A DNA stretch of 64,000 nt, from the NCBI RefSeq assembly GCF_053078305.1, contig NZ_CP166879.1. The stretch is one strand, 5' to 3'. The stretch's first letter is position 1, and the number at the start of each line of letters is the position of its first letter. The notes under the pieces were generated by a model, which saw nothing but the letters and a program-made list of their open reading frames with translations, was not told the origin of the DNA and did not search any database. This document shows, in pieces, positions 12,584 through 22,030 of the stretch. A program made the position numbers and the translations under genes.

Positions 12584-12856
12584 ATGAATCTTGATGACAT
12601 TATCAACAGCATGACGCCTGAGGTATACCAGCGTTTGTCGACCGCTGTTGAACTGGGGAAATGGCCTGATGGCGTTGCGTTGACCGAGGAACAAAAAGAG
12701 AACTGCCTGCAACTGGTAATGCTGTGGCAAGCCCGCAATAATACCGAAGCACAGCATATGACAATTGACACAAATGGTCAGATGGTCATGAAGAGCAAAC
12801 AGCAGTTAAAAGAAGATTTTGGTATCTCAGCAAAGCCTATTGCCATGTTTAAGTAA
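12584..12856 (+). CDS. yeaC: DUF1315 protein YeaC (90 aa)
   Basis: ATG at 12584 preceded by a CAGGAG Shine-Dalgarno; MNLDDIINSMTPEVYQ... Confidence 0.8.
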   Translation: MNLDDIINSMTPEVYQRLSTAVELGKWPDGVALTEEQKENCLQLVMLWQARNNTEAQHMTIDTNGQMVMKSKQQLKEDFGISAKPIAMFK

Positions 12857-13225
12857 GTGGTTCATCCCCTTTTTGCCGCGGCTATGAAGGGGATAGCCAA
12901 CAATGACCCCACGACTCATCTCAATTATCTCGCCATGACCTGGCTAAGTCCCAGTCCGATCTCTTGCCGTCGCGTTCACGCCTGAATGACTTCTCCTGAA
13001 CTTAAGTCTCAGACCTATTTGGCCGGTAATCCCTCTCAAATTTGCTCCTTTTGCGTTCCGCCTTCCATCAACCTGTAACAGAACCAGCCATTTTTTGCGT
13101 AATTGTGATCTGAGTTGTAAAACGCAGATCATTATCTGTGTTTTACAGATTTAATGTTGACCTCAAAAATCATGTGGGTAAGTATGATGACCATCTAAGC
13201 AAAACAAAACACAGAGGATGACGCA

Positions 13226-14302
13226 ATGAAAGCACTGGCTCGGTTTGGCAAGGCCTTTGGCAGCTACAAGATGATTGATGTCCCACAACCCATGTGTGGC
13301 CCGGAAGATGTAGTGATTGAAATTAAAGCCGCGGCAATCTGCGGCGCAGACATGAAGCACTACAATGTCGATAGCGGTTCTGATGAGTTTAACTCTATCC
13401 GCGGCCATGAGTTCGCAGGTTGTATTGCGCAGGTTGGTGAAAAAGTCAAAGACTGGAAAGTGGGGCAACGCGTCGTGTCGGATAACAGCGGTCACGTTTG
13501 CGGCGTTTGTCCGGCCTGTGAACAGGGTGATTTTCTGTGTTGTACAGAAAAAGTAAACCTTGGTCTGGATAACAATACCTGGGGCGGTGGTTTTTCCAAA
13601 TATTGTCTGGTTCCTGGTGAAATTCTCAAAATTCATCGTCATGCCTTGTGGGAAATCCCTGATGGTGTTGATTATGAGGACGCAGCCGTACTTGACCCTA
13701 TCTGTAATGCCTACAAATCCATCGCGCAGCAATCGAAATTCCTTCCTGGTCAGGATGTGGTCGTCATCGGCACTGGCCCACTCGGGTTGTTCTCCGTACA
13801 AATGGCGCGGATTATGGGGGCGGTAAATATCGTCGTCGTTGGTCTGCAAGAAGATGTGGCGGTCCGCTTCCCGGTTGCAAAAGAACTGGGTGCGACGGCA
13901 GTAGTAAATGGTTCTACCGAAAATGTGGTGGCGCGCTGCCAGCAAATATGTGGCAAAGACAATCTGGGACTGGTGATTGAATGCTCCGGTGCCAATATCG
14001 CATTGAAACAAGCCATCGAAATGCTCCGCCCGAACGGGGAAGTGGTACGCGTTGGAATGGGCTTCAAACCTCTTGATTTCTCGATTAATGACATTACCGC
14101 CTGGAACAAAAGCATCATTGGGCATATGGCCTATGACTCAACCTCATGGCGTAACGCTATCAGGCTATTAGCCAGCGGCGCTATCAAAGTCAAACCGATG
14201 ATCACGCATCGTATCGGCCTGTCGCAATGGCGCGAAGGGTTTGATGCGATGGTCGATAAAACCGCAATCAAAGTGATCATGACTTACGACTTTGATGAAT
14301 AA
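13226..14302 (+). CDS. ydjL: Zn-dependent medium-chain alcohol/polyol dehydrogenase YdjL (358 aa)
   Basis: 358-aa ORF with a GHEFAG zinc-binding motif and a GTGPLG Rossmann motif. Confidence 0.9.
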   Translation: MKALARFGKAFGSYKMIDVPQPMCGPEDVVIEIKAAAICGADMKHYNVDSGSDEFNSIRGHEFAGCIAQVGEKVKDWKVGQRVVSDNSGHVCGVCPACEQGDFLCCTEKVNLGLDNNTWGGGFSKYCLVPGEILKIHRHALWEIPDGVDYEDAAVLDPICNAYKSIAQQSKFLPGQDVVVIGTGPLGLFSVQMARIMGAVNIVVVGLQEDVAVRFPVAKELGATAVVNGSTENVVARCQQICGKDNLGLVIECSGANIALKQAIEMLRPNGEVVRVGMGFKPLDFSINDITAWNKSIIGHMAYDSTSWRNAIRLLASGAIKVKPMITHRIGLSQWREGFDAMVDKTAIKVIMTYDFDE

Positions 14303-14328
14303 CAACTTTCCTGAAGGAACGTTATCGC

Positions 14329-15708
14329 ATGGAACAGATAACAAAACCGCATTGTGGTGCACGGCTGGATCGCTTACCGGATTGCCGCTGGCATTCATCA
14401 ATGTTTGCCATCGTCGCGTTTGGCTTGCTTGTCTGCTGGAGTAATGCCGTTGGTGGCTTGATCCTCGCGCAGCTGAAAGCGTTGGGCTGGACAGATAATT
14501 CCACCACAGCCACATTCTCAGCAATCACGACCGCCGGAATGTTTCTCGGTGCGCTGGTGGGCGGCATCATTGGCGACAAAACCGGTCGCAGAAATGCGTT
14601 CATCCTCTATGAGGCCATTCATATTGCCTCGATGGTTGTCGGTGCTTTCTCACCGAATATGGATTTCCTTATTGCCTGCCGTTTTGTGATGGGAGTTGGG
14701 CTGGGAGCTTTACTGGTTACGCTGTTTGCTGGTTTCACCGAATATATGCCCGGTAGAAATCGTGGAACGTGGTCAAGTCGGGTTTCCTTTATTGGCAACT
14801 GGTCATATCCGCTCTGTTCATTGATAGCGATGGGACTCACGCCGCTGATTAGTGCAGAGTGGAACTGGCGGGTACAACTGCTTATCCCTGCAATATTGTC
14901 GCTTATCGCTACGGCGCTGGCCTGGCGCTACTTTCCTGAATCCCCGCGCTGGCTGGAATCGCGCGGACGGTATCAGGAAGCCGAGAAAGTCATGCGGAGT
15001 ATAGAAGAAGGCGTCATACGCCAGACAGGTAAACCTTTGCCGCCCGTGGTTATTGCTGATGACGGTAAAGCACCACAAGCGGTGCCATATTCAGCCTTAC
15101 TGACAGGAGTATTACTGAAACGCGTGATATTAGGCTCTTGTGTGCTGATTGCCATGAACGTTGTGCAGTACACACTAATTAACTGGTTGCCAACGATATT
15201 CATGACCCAGGGGATTAATTTAAAAGACTCGATTGTTTTAAATACCATGAGTATGTTTGGCGCGCCATTTGGCATTTTTATTGCCATGCTGGTGATGGAT
15301 AAAATTCCGCGTAAAACAATGGGTGTGGGGCTATTAATCCTGATTGCGGTGCTCGGATATATCTATTCACTGCAAACCAGCATGTTGCTCATAACGTTGA
15401 TTGGTTTCTTCCTGATTACTTTCGTCTATATGTACGTTTGCTATGCCTCGGCAGTGTATGTCCCTGAGATCTGGCCGACAGAGGCCAAACTCCGTGGCTC
15501 CGGTCTGGCGAATGCGGTAGGGCGAGTCAGTGGTATTGCCGCACCTTATGCCGTTGCAGTGCTGCTCAGTAGTTATGGCGTTACGGGAGTCTTTATTCTT
15601 CTGGGGGCGGTTTCAATTATTGTCGCAATTGCTATCGCCACCATTGGAATCGAAACCAAAGGTGTCTCCGTTGAAAGTTTAAGTATTGATGCAGTAGCCA
15701 ATAAATAA
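14329..15708 (+). CDS. ydjK: MFS-family sugar transporter YdjK (459 aa)
   Basis: 459-aa polytopic membrane protein, recognised as YdjK. Confidence 0.9.
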   Translation: MEQITKPHCGARLDRLPDCRWHSSMFAIVAFGLLVCWSNAVGGLILAQLKALGWTDNSTTATFSAITTAGMFLGALVGGIIGDKTGRRNAFILYEAIHIASMVVGAFSPNMDFLIACRFVMGVGLGALLVTLFAGFTEYMPGRNRGTWSSRVSFIGNWSYPLCSLIAMGLTPLISAEWNWRVQLLIPAILSLIATALAWRYFPESPRWLESRGRYQEAEKVMRSIEEGVIRQTGKPLPPVVIADDGKAPQAVPYSALLTGVLLKRVILGSCVLIAMNVVQYTLINWLPTIFMTQGINLKDSIVLNTMSMFGAPFGIFIAMLVMDKIPRKTMGVGLLILIAVLGYIYSLQTSMLLITLIGFFLITFVYMYVCYASAVYVPEIWPTEAKLRGSGLANAVGRVSGIAAPYAVAVLLSSYGVTGVFILLGAVSIIVAIAIATIGIETKGVSVESLSIDAVANK

Positions 15709-15724
15709 TACGGGTGGATTCAAA

Positions 15725-16768
15725 ATGAAAAATTCAAAAGCAATATTGCAGGTGCCGGGCACAATGAAAATTATTTCAGCAGAAATACCAGTGCCTAAAG
15801 AAGATGAAGTTTTGATTAAAGTAGAATATGTCGGTATTTGTGGTTCAGATGTACATGGTTTTGAATCAGGTCCGTTTATTCCGCCTAAAGACCCAAATCA
15901 AGAAATTGGCCTGGGTCATGAATGCGCCGGGACGGTTGTGGCTGTGGGAAGCCGCGTGCGCAAATTTAAACCGGGGGATCGGGTAAATATCGAACCTGGC
16001 GTTCCTTGCGGTCACTGTCGTTACTGTCTGGAAGGCAAATATAACATCTGCCCGGACGTTGATTTTATGGCGACACAACCCAACTACCGCGGCGCATTAA
16101 CGCACTATCTGTGTCATCCGGAGAGCTTTACTTACAAACTGCCCGACAATATGGACACGATGGAAGGGGCGCTGGTGGAGCCTGCCGCAGTCGGGATGCA
16201 TGCCGCGATGCTGGCAGATGTTAAACCGGGTAAGAAGATAATTATTCTGGGAGCGGGTTGTATTGGTTTGATGACGTTGCAAGCGTGCAAATGCCTGGGA
16301 GCAACGGAAATTGCCGTCGTTGATGTGCTGGAAAAACGTCTGACAATGGCGGAACAGCTTGGTGCGACAGTGGTTATTAACGGCGCAAAAGAAGACACTA
16401 TTGCACGCTGTCAGCAATTTACCGAAGACATGGGCGCAGATATTGTTTTCGAAACAGCGGGTTCTGCGGTCACCGTTAAACAGGCACCTTATCTGGTAAT
16501 GCGCGGCGGTAAAATTATGATTGTTGGTACTGTACCCGGCGATTCGGCAATCAATTTCCTCAAAATCAATCGCGAAGTCACTATCCAGACGGTATTCCGC
16601 TATGCCAATCGTTATCCGGTCACGATTGAAGCTATTTCTTCAGGGCGATTCGATGTGAAATCGATGGTGACACATATTTACGATTACCGTGATGTACAAC
16701 AGGCATTTGAAGAGTCGGTTAACAACAAACGCGACATTATTAAAGGCGTTATTAAAATTAGCGATTAA
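15725..16768 (+). CDS. ydjJ: Zn-dependent alcohol dehydrogenase YdjJ (347 aa)
   Basis: 347-aa ORF with GHECAG and GAGCIG motifs. Confidence 0.9.
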   Translation: MKNSKAILQVPGTMKIISAEIPVPKEDEVLIKVEYVGICGSDVHGFESGPFIPPKDPNQEIGLGHECAGTVVAVGSRVRKFKPGDRVNIEPGVPCGHCRYCLEGKYNICPDVDFMATQPNYRGALTHYLCHPESFTYKLPDNMDTMEGALVEPAAVGMHAAMLADVKPGKKIIILGAGCIGLMTLQACKCLGATEIAVVDVLEKRLTMAEQLGATVVINGAKEDTIARCQQFTEDMGADIVFETAGSAVTVKQAPYLVMRGGKIMIVGTVPGDSAINFLKINREVTIQTVFRYANRYPVTIEAISSGRFDVKSMVTHIYDYRDVQQAFEESVNNKRDIIKGVIKISD

Positions 16769-16788
16769 TTAATACGGGAGAACAGAAC

Positions 16789-17625
16789 ATGCTCGCAGAT
16801 ATCAGATATTGGGAAAACGATGCCACAAATAAACATTATGCAATTGCCCATTTTAACGTATGGAATGCAGAAATGTTGATGGGCGTTATCGACGCAGCCG
16901 AAGAAGCGAAATCCCCGGTTATTATTTCTTTTGGTACAGGTTTTGTCGGCAACACCTCATTTGAAGATTTCTCTCACATGATGGTATCAATGGCACGAAA
17001 AGCAACTGTGCCGGTAATAACTCATTGGGATCATGGTCGGAGTATGGAGATTATTCATAACGCCTGGACTCATGGTATGAATTCATTAATGCGTGATGCT
17101 TCCGCATTTGATTTCGAAGAAAATATTCGTTTAACCAAAGAGGCTGTTGATTTCTTCCATCCGCTGGGTATTCCGGTAGAGGCGGAATTAGGGCATGTCG
17201 GTAATGAAACCGTTTATGAGGAAGCTCTGGCGGGCTATCACTATACCGATCCTGACCAGGCGGCTGAATTTGTTGAACGTACGGGCTGTGACTCATTGGC
17301 TGTCGCCATCGGCAACCAGCATGGGGTTTATACGTCAGAGCCACAATTGAACTTTGAGGTCGTCAAACGCGTACGCGATGCCGTGTCTGTTCCGCTGGTT
17401 TTGCATGGCGCATCGGGGATCAGTGATGCCGACATTAAAACTGCAATTTCGTTAGGTATCGCGAAAATCAACATCCATACGGAGCTCTGTCAGGCCGCAA
17501 TGGTCGCAGTGAAAGAAAACCAGGATCAGCCTTTCCTGCATTTAGAACGTGAAGTACGTAAAGCTGTAAAAGAACGGGCATTGGAAAAAATTAAACTGTT
17601 CGGTTCTGATGGCAAAGCGGAATAA
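16789..17625 (+). CDS. ydjI: Class II ketose-bisphosphate aldolase family protein YdjI (278 aa)
   Basis: 278-aa ORF, recognised as YdjI. Confidence 0.9.
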   Translation: MLADIRYWENDATNKHYAIAHFNVWNAEMLMGVIDAAEEAKSPVIISFGTGFVGNTSFEDFSHMMVSMARKATVPVITHWDHGRSMEIIHNAWTHGMNSLMRDASAFDFEENIRLTKEAVDFFHPLGIPVEAELGHVGNETVYEEALAGYHYTDPDQAAEFVERTGCDSLAVAIGNQHGVYTSEPQLNFEVVKRVRDAVSVPLVLHGASGISDADIKTAISLGIAKINIHTELCQAAMVAVKENQDQPFLHLEREVRKAVKERALEKIKLFGSDGKAE

Positions 17626-17629
17626 TGAT

Positions 17630-18577
17630 ATGGATAATCTCGACGTTATTTGTATAGGTGCCGCTATTGTTGATATTCCATTGCAACCGGTCAGTAAAAA
17701 TATCTTTGATGTGGATTCTTATCCTCTTGAAAGAATCGCAATGACCACCGGGGGTGATGCAATAAATGAAGCAACAATTATTTCTCGTCTGGGCCATCGT
17801 ACAGCATTAATGAGTCGTGTTGGTAAAGATGCCGCAGGACAATTTATTCTCGACCATTGCCGCAAAGAGAATATTGATATTCAAAGCCTGAAACAGGACG
17901 TCAGCATAGATACCTCTATTAACGTTGGACTGGTGACGGAGGATGGCGAGCGGACGTTTGTCACAAACCGTAACGGCAGTCTGTGGAAATTGAATATTGA
18001 CGATGTTGATTTTTCGCGGTTTTCTCAGGCGAAATTATTATCACTGGCCAGTATTTTCAACAGTCCTCTATTGGATGGTAGAGCGCTAACAGAAATTTTT
18101 ACGCAAGCTAAAGCCCGGCAGATGATTATCTGTGCCGATATGATCAAACCGCGGTTGAATGAAACGCTGGATGATATTTGCGAAGCATTGAGTTATGTCG
18201 ATTATCTGTTTCCTAATTTTGCCGAGGCAAAATTACTCACCGGGAAAGAGAGACTGGATGAAATTGCTGACTGCTTTCTTGCGTGCGGCGTAAAAACGGT
18301 GGTGATTAAAACGGGTAAAGACGGCTGCTTTATCAAGCGTGGTGACATGACGATAAAGGTGCCAGCGGTCGCAGGAATAACCGCCATCGACACCATTGGC
18401 GCGGGCGATAACTTTGCTTCAGGTTTTATTGCGGCACTGTTAGAAGGCAAAAATCTGCGTGAATGCGCACGCTTTGCCAATGCAACGGCGGCTATCTCAG
18501 TTCTAAGCGTCGGTGCCACCACCGGTGTAAAAAACAGAAAGCTGGTCGAACAATTGCTGGAAGAATACGAAGGATAA
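17630..18577 (+). CDS. ydjH: PfkB-family sugar kinase YdjH (315 aa)
   Basis: Start at the ATG at 17630 (MDNLDVICIGAA...), 4 nt after the ydjI stop; GAGD motif near the C-terminus. Confidence 0.9.
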   Translation: MDNLDVICIGAAIVDIPLQPVSKNIFDVDSYPLERIAMTTGGDAINEATIISRLGHRTALMSRVGKDAAGQFILDHCRKENIDIQSLKQDVSIDTSINVGLVTEDGERTFVTNRNGSLWKLNIDDVDFSRFSQAKLLSLASIFNSPLLDGRALTEIFTQAKARQMIICADMIKPRLNETLDDICEALSYVDYLFPNFAEAKLLTGKERLDEIADCFLACGVKTVVIKTGKDGCFIKRGDMTIKVPAVAGITAIDTIGAGDNFASGFIAALLEGKNLRECARFANATAAISVLSVGATTGVKNRKLVEQLLEEYEG

Positions 18578-18586
18578 TGAAGGCAA

Positions 18587-19567
18587 ATGAAAAAGATACC
18601 TTTAGGCACAACGGATATAACGCTTTCGCGAATGGGTTTGGGGACATGGGCCATTGGCGGCGGTCCTGCATGGAATGGCGATCTCGATCGGCAAATATGT
18701 ATTGATACGATTCTTGAAGCCCATCGTTGCGGCATTAATCTGATTGATACTGCACCAGGATATAACTTTGGCAATAGTGAAGTTATCGTCGGTCAGGCGT
18801 TAAAAAAACTGCCCCGTGAACAGGTTGTAGTAGAAACCAAATGCGGCATTGTCTGGGAACGAAAAGGAAGTTTATTCAACAAAGTTGGCGATCGGCAGTT
18901 GTATAAAAACCTTTCCCCGGAATCTATCCGCGAAGAGGTAGAAGCCAGCTTGCAACGTCTGGGTATTGATTACATCGATATCTACATGACGCACTGGCAG
19001 TCGGTGCCGCCATTTTATACGCCGATCGCTGAAACTGTCGCAGTGCTTAATGAGTTAAAGGCTGAAGGGAAAATTCGCGCTATAGGCGCTGCTAACGTCG
19101 ATGCTGACCATATCCGCGAGTATCTGCAATATGGTGAACTGGATATTATTCAGGCGAAATACAGTATCCTCGACCGGGCAATGGAAAACGAACTGCTGCC
19201 GCTATGTCGTGATAATGGCATTGTGGTTCAGGTTTATTCCCCGCTAGAGCAGGGATTGTTGACCGGCACCATCACTCGTGATTACGTTCCGGGCGGCGCT
19301 CGGGCAAATAAAGTCTGGTTCCAGCGTGAAAACATGCTGAAAGTGATTGATATGCTTGAACAGTGGCAGCCACTTTGTGCTCGTTATCAGTGCACAATTC
19401 CCACTCTGGCACTGGCGTGGATATTAAAACAGAGTGATTTAATCTCCATTCTTAGTGGGGCTACTGCACCGGAACAGGTACGCGAAAATGTCGCGGCACT
19501 GAATATCAACTTATCGGATGCAGACGCAACATTGATGAGGGAAATGGCAGAGGCCCTGGAGCGTTAA
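18587..19567 (+). CDS. ydjG: Aldo-keto reductase YdjG (326 aa)
   Basis: 326-aa ORF of the aldo-keto reductase family, recognised as YdjG. Confidence 0.9.
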   Translation: MKKIPLGTTDITLSRMGLGTWAIGGGPAWNGDLDRQICIDTILEAHRCGINLIDTAPGYNFGNSEVIVGQALKKLPREQVVVETKCGIVWERKGSLFNKVGDRQLYKNLSPESIREEVEASLQRLGIDYIDIYMTHWQSVPPFYTPIAETVAVLNELKAEGKIRAIGAANVDADHIREYLQYGELDIIQAKYSILDRAMENELLPLCRDNGIVVQVYSPLEQGLLTGTITRDYVPGGARANKVWFQRENMLKVIDMLEQWQPLCARYQCTIPTLALAWILKQSDLISILSGATAPEQVRENVAALNINLSDADATLMREMAEALER

Positions 19568-19703
19568 ATACTCAACACGATTCACCTCTGTTTCTGTGAA
19601 AACTGTGATGAAAATCTGTGATTCAAACAGGTTATTTTGAAAGTAAACATCGGTTATGCGATAATCGCGCTAATGTGATGTAAAAAGATACAGGGGTGTA
19701 ATC

Positions 19704-20462
19704 GTGGCGGCAAAAGACAGGATTCAGGCAATTAAGCAAATGGTTGCCAACGATAAAAAGGTGACAGTCTCAAATTTGAGTGGGATTTTTCAGGTAACCG
19801 AAGAAACCATTCGCCGCGATCTTGAGAAGCTGGAAGATGAAGGCTTTTTGACCAGAACCTATGGTGGTGCTGTTTTAAATACAGCGATGTTGACGGAGAA
19901 TATCCATTTTTATAAGCGCGCTTCATCGTTTTATGAAGAGAAGCAGCTTATTGCACGCAAGGCACTACCCTTTATCGACAATAAAACCACCATGGCAGCC
20001 GATTCCAGTAGTACCGTAATGGAATTGCTCAAATTGTTACAGGACCGTAGTGACCTGACGTTGCTAACCAACTCGGCGGAAGCGATTCATGTTCTGGCTC
20101 AGTCAGAAATTAAAGTCGTTTCAACGGGTGGGGAACTAAACAAAAATACACTTTCACTGCAAGGAAGAATTACTAAAGAGATCATCAGCCGCTATCATGT
20201 CGATATCATGGTAATGAGTTGTAAAGGTCTTGATATTAACAGCGGCGCGCTGGACTCTAATGAAGCGGAAGCTGAAATCAAAAAGACAATGATCCGTCAG
20301 GCGACAGAAGTTGCGTTATTGGTTGATCACTCTAAGTTTGATCGCAAAGCTTTTGTCCAGTTAGCTGACTTTAGTCATATTAATTACATAATAACTGATA
20401 AATCACCGGGTGCAGAGTGGATAGCATTTTGCAAAGACAATAATATCCAGCTGGTGTGGTAA
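19704..20462 (+). CDS. ydjF: DeoR-family transcriptional regulator YdjF (252 aa)
   Basis: GTG-initiated 252-aa ORF; an N-terminal helix-turn-helix region followed by a sugar-binding domain. Confidence 0.9.
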   Translation: MAAKDRIQAIKQMVANDKKVTVSNLSGIFQVTEETIRRDLEKLEDEGFLTRTYGGAVLNTAMLTENIHFYKRASSFYEEKQLIARKALPFIDNKTTMAADSSSTVMELLKLLQDRSDLTLLTNSAEAIHVLAQSEIKVVSTGGELNKNTLSLQGRITKEIISRYHVDIMVMSCKGLDINSGALDSNEAEAEIKKTMIRQATEVALLVDHSKFDRKAFVQLADFSHINYIITDKSPGAEWIAFCKDNNIQLVW

Positions 20463-20579
20463 TTTAAGCACACGTTGTCAATATTATTTGTTCCTGCGCC
20501 TGGAAATAAAATGATGATAAAGATGCGGCAAGTGAATTTGCCGCAATTGCTACCTTTTTTAGCAAATCCGAGGCACCCA

Positions 20580-21938
20580 ATGGAACAATATGATCAAATT
20601 GGCGCAAGACTGGACCGCTTGCCTTTGGCCCGGTTTCATTATCGTATATTTGGTATTATAAGCTTTAGTCTGTTATTAACAGGGTTTTTGAGTTACTCCG
20701 GTAATGTCGTCTTAGCAAAGCTGGTAAGCAATGGATGGTCAAATAATTTCCTCAATGCCGCCTTTACCTCGGCATTAATGTTTGGTTATTTCATCGGCTC
20801 TCTTACCGGTGGGTTCATCGGTGATTACTTTGGGCGGCGCAGGGCGTTTCGCATAAATCTTCTCATCGTCGGTATTGCTGCAACAGGGGCCACTTTTGTC
20901 CCTGATATGTACTGGCTCATCTTCTTTCGCTTCCTGATGGGAACAGGAATGGGTGCGCTGATTATGGTTGGCTATGCCTCATTTACGGAGTTTATCCCCG
21001 CGACGGTGCGTGGAAAATGGTCCGCGCGGCTCTCATTTGTTGGTAACTGGTCGCCCATGCTGTCTGCGGCGATAGGTGTGGTGGTTATCGCTTTTTTTAG
21101 TTGGCGGATAATGTTTCTGCTGGGTGGTATTGGCATACTGTTAGCCTGGTTTCTTTCAGGTAAATACTTTATTGAGTCGCCACGATGGCTGGCAGGGAAA
21201 GGGCAAATCGCAGGTGCAGAAAGCCAACTTCGTGAAGTAGAGCAGCAAATTGAAAGAGAGAAGAGTATTCGTTTACCCCCGCTTACTTCGTATCAGAGCA
21301 ACAGCAAGGTTAAAGTAATCAAGGGTACTTTCTGGCTCCTGTTTAAAGGTGAAATGTTACGACGTACATTAGTCGCGATTACTGTTTTAATTGCAATGAA
21401 CATTTCGCTTTATACCATCACCGTATGGATACCGACCATATTTGTTAACTCCGGCATTGATGTCGATAAATCAATATTAATGACCGCTGTTATTATGATT
21501 GGCGCTCCGGTAGGAATATTTATTGCGGCATTAATTATTGATCATTTTCCTCGTCGGTTATTTGGCTCCACCTTACTTATTATTATTGCCGTGTTAGGCT
21601 ATATCTATTCAATTCAGACTACAGAGTGGGCGATTTTAATCTATGGCCTGGTGATGATCTTCTTTTTATACATGTATGTTTGCTTCGCGTCGGCGGTTTA
21701 TATCCCGGAGCTTTGGCCAACGCATTTACGCCTGCGCGGTTCGGGTTTCGTTAATGCCGTCGGACGGATCGTCGCAGTCTTCACGCCCTATGGCGTTGCG
21801 GCATTATTAACACATTATGGGTCGATCACGGTGTTTATGGTACTTGGTGTCATGTTATTGCTCTGTGCGCTGGTTCTCTCCATTTTTGGCATCGAAACGC
21901 GGAAGGTGTCGTTGGAAGAGATTTCTGAGGTGAATTAA
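20580..21938 (+). CDS. ydjE: MFS-family transporter YdjE (452 aa)
   Basis: Track ORF 20475..21938; start chosen at the ATG at 20580 (MEQYDQIGARLDRLP...) to give 452 aa. Confidence 0.85.
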   Translation: MEQYDQIGARLDRLPLARFHYRIFGIISFSLLLTGFLSYSGNVVLAKLVSNGWSNNFLNAAFTSALMFGYFIGSLTGGFIGDYFGRRRAFRINLLIVGIAATGATFVPDMYWLIFFRFLMGTGMGALIMVGYASFTEFIPATVRGKWSARLSFVGNWSPMLSAAIGVVVIAFFSWRIMFLLGGIGILLAWFLSGKYFIESPRWLAGKGQIAGAESQLREVEQQIEREKSIRLPPLTSYQSNSKVKVIKGTFWLLFKGEMLRRTLVAITVLIAMNISLYTITVWIPTIFVNSGIDVDKSILMTAVIMIGAPVGIFIAALIIDHFPRRLFGSTLLIIIAVLGYIYSIQTTEWAILIYGLVMIFFLYMYVCFASAVYIPELWPTHLRLRGSGFVNAVGRIVAVFTPYGVAALLTHYGSITVFMVLGVMLLLCALVLSIFGIETRKVSLEEISEVN

Positions 21939-21990
21939 ATCTTTCGTTGATGGCATCAATTGCCAGATGTGCCACTGACGTGTTTTATTT

Positions 21991-22021
21991 GGCCTACAAT
22001 GCCAGTACAGAATTGTAGGCC
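21991..22021. terminator. Hairpin between the convergent ydjE and pncA genes
   Basis: Perfect 10-bp inverted repeat GGCCTACAAT ... ATTGTAGGCC with an 11-nt loop, lying between the two stop codons. Confidence 0.45.
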
Positions 22022-22030
22022 AGCGTAAAA

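Noticed and set aside
13163-14125. 320-aa reverse-strand ORF spanning ydjL
   Set aside because: Antisense shadow of the conserved ydjL dehydrogenase gene, with no independent start context.
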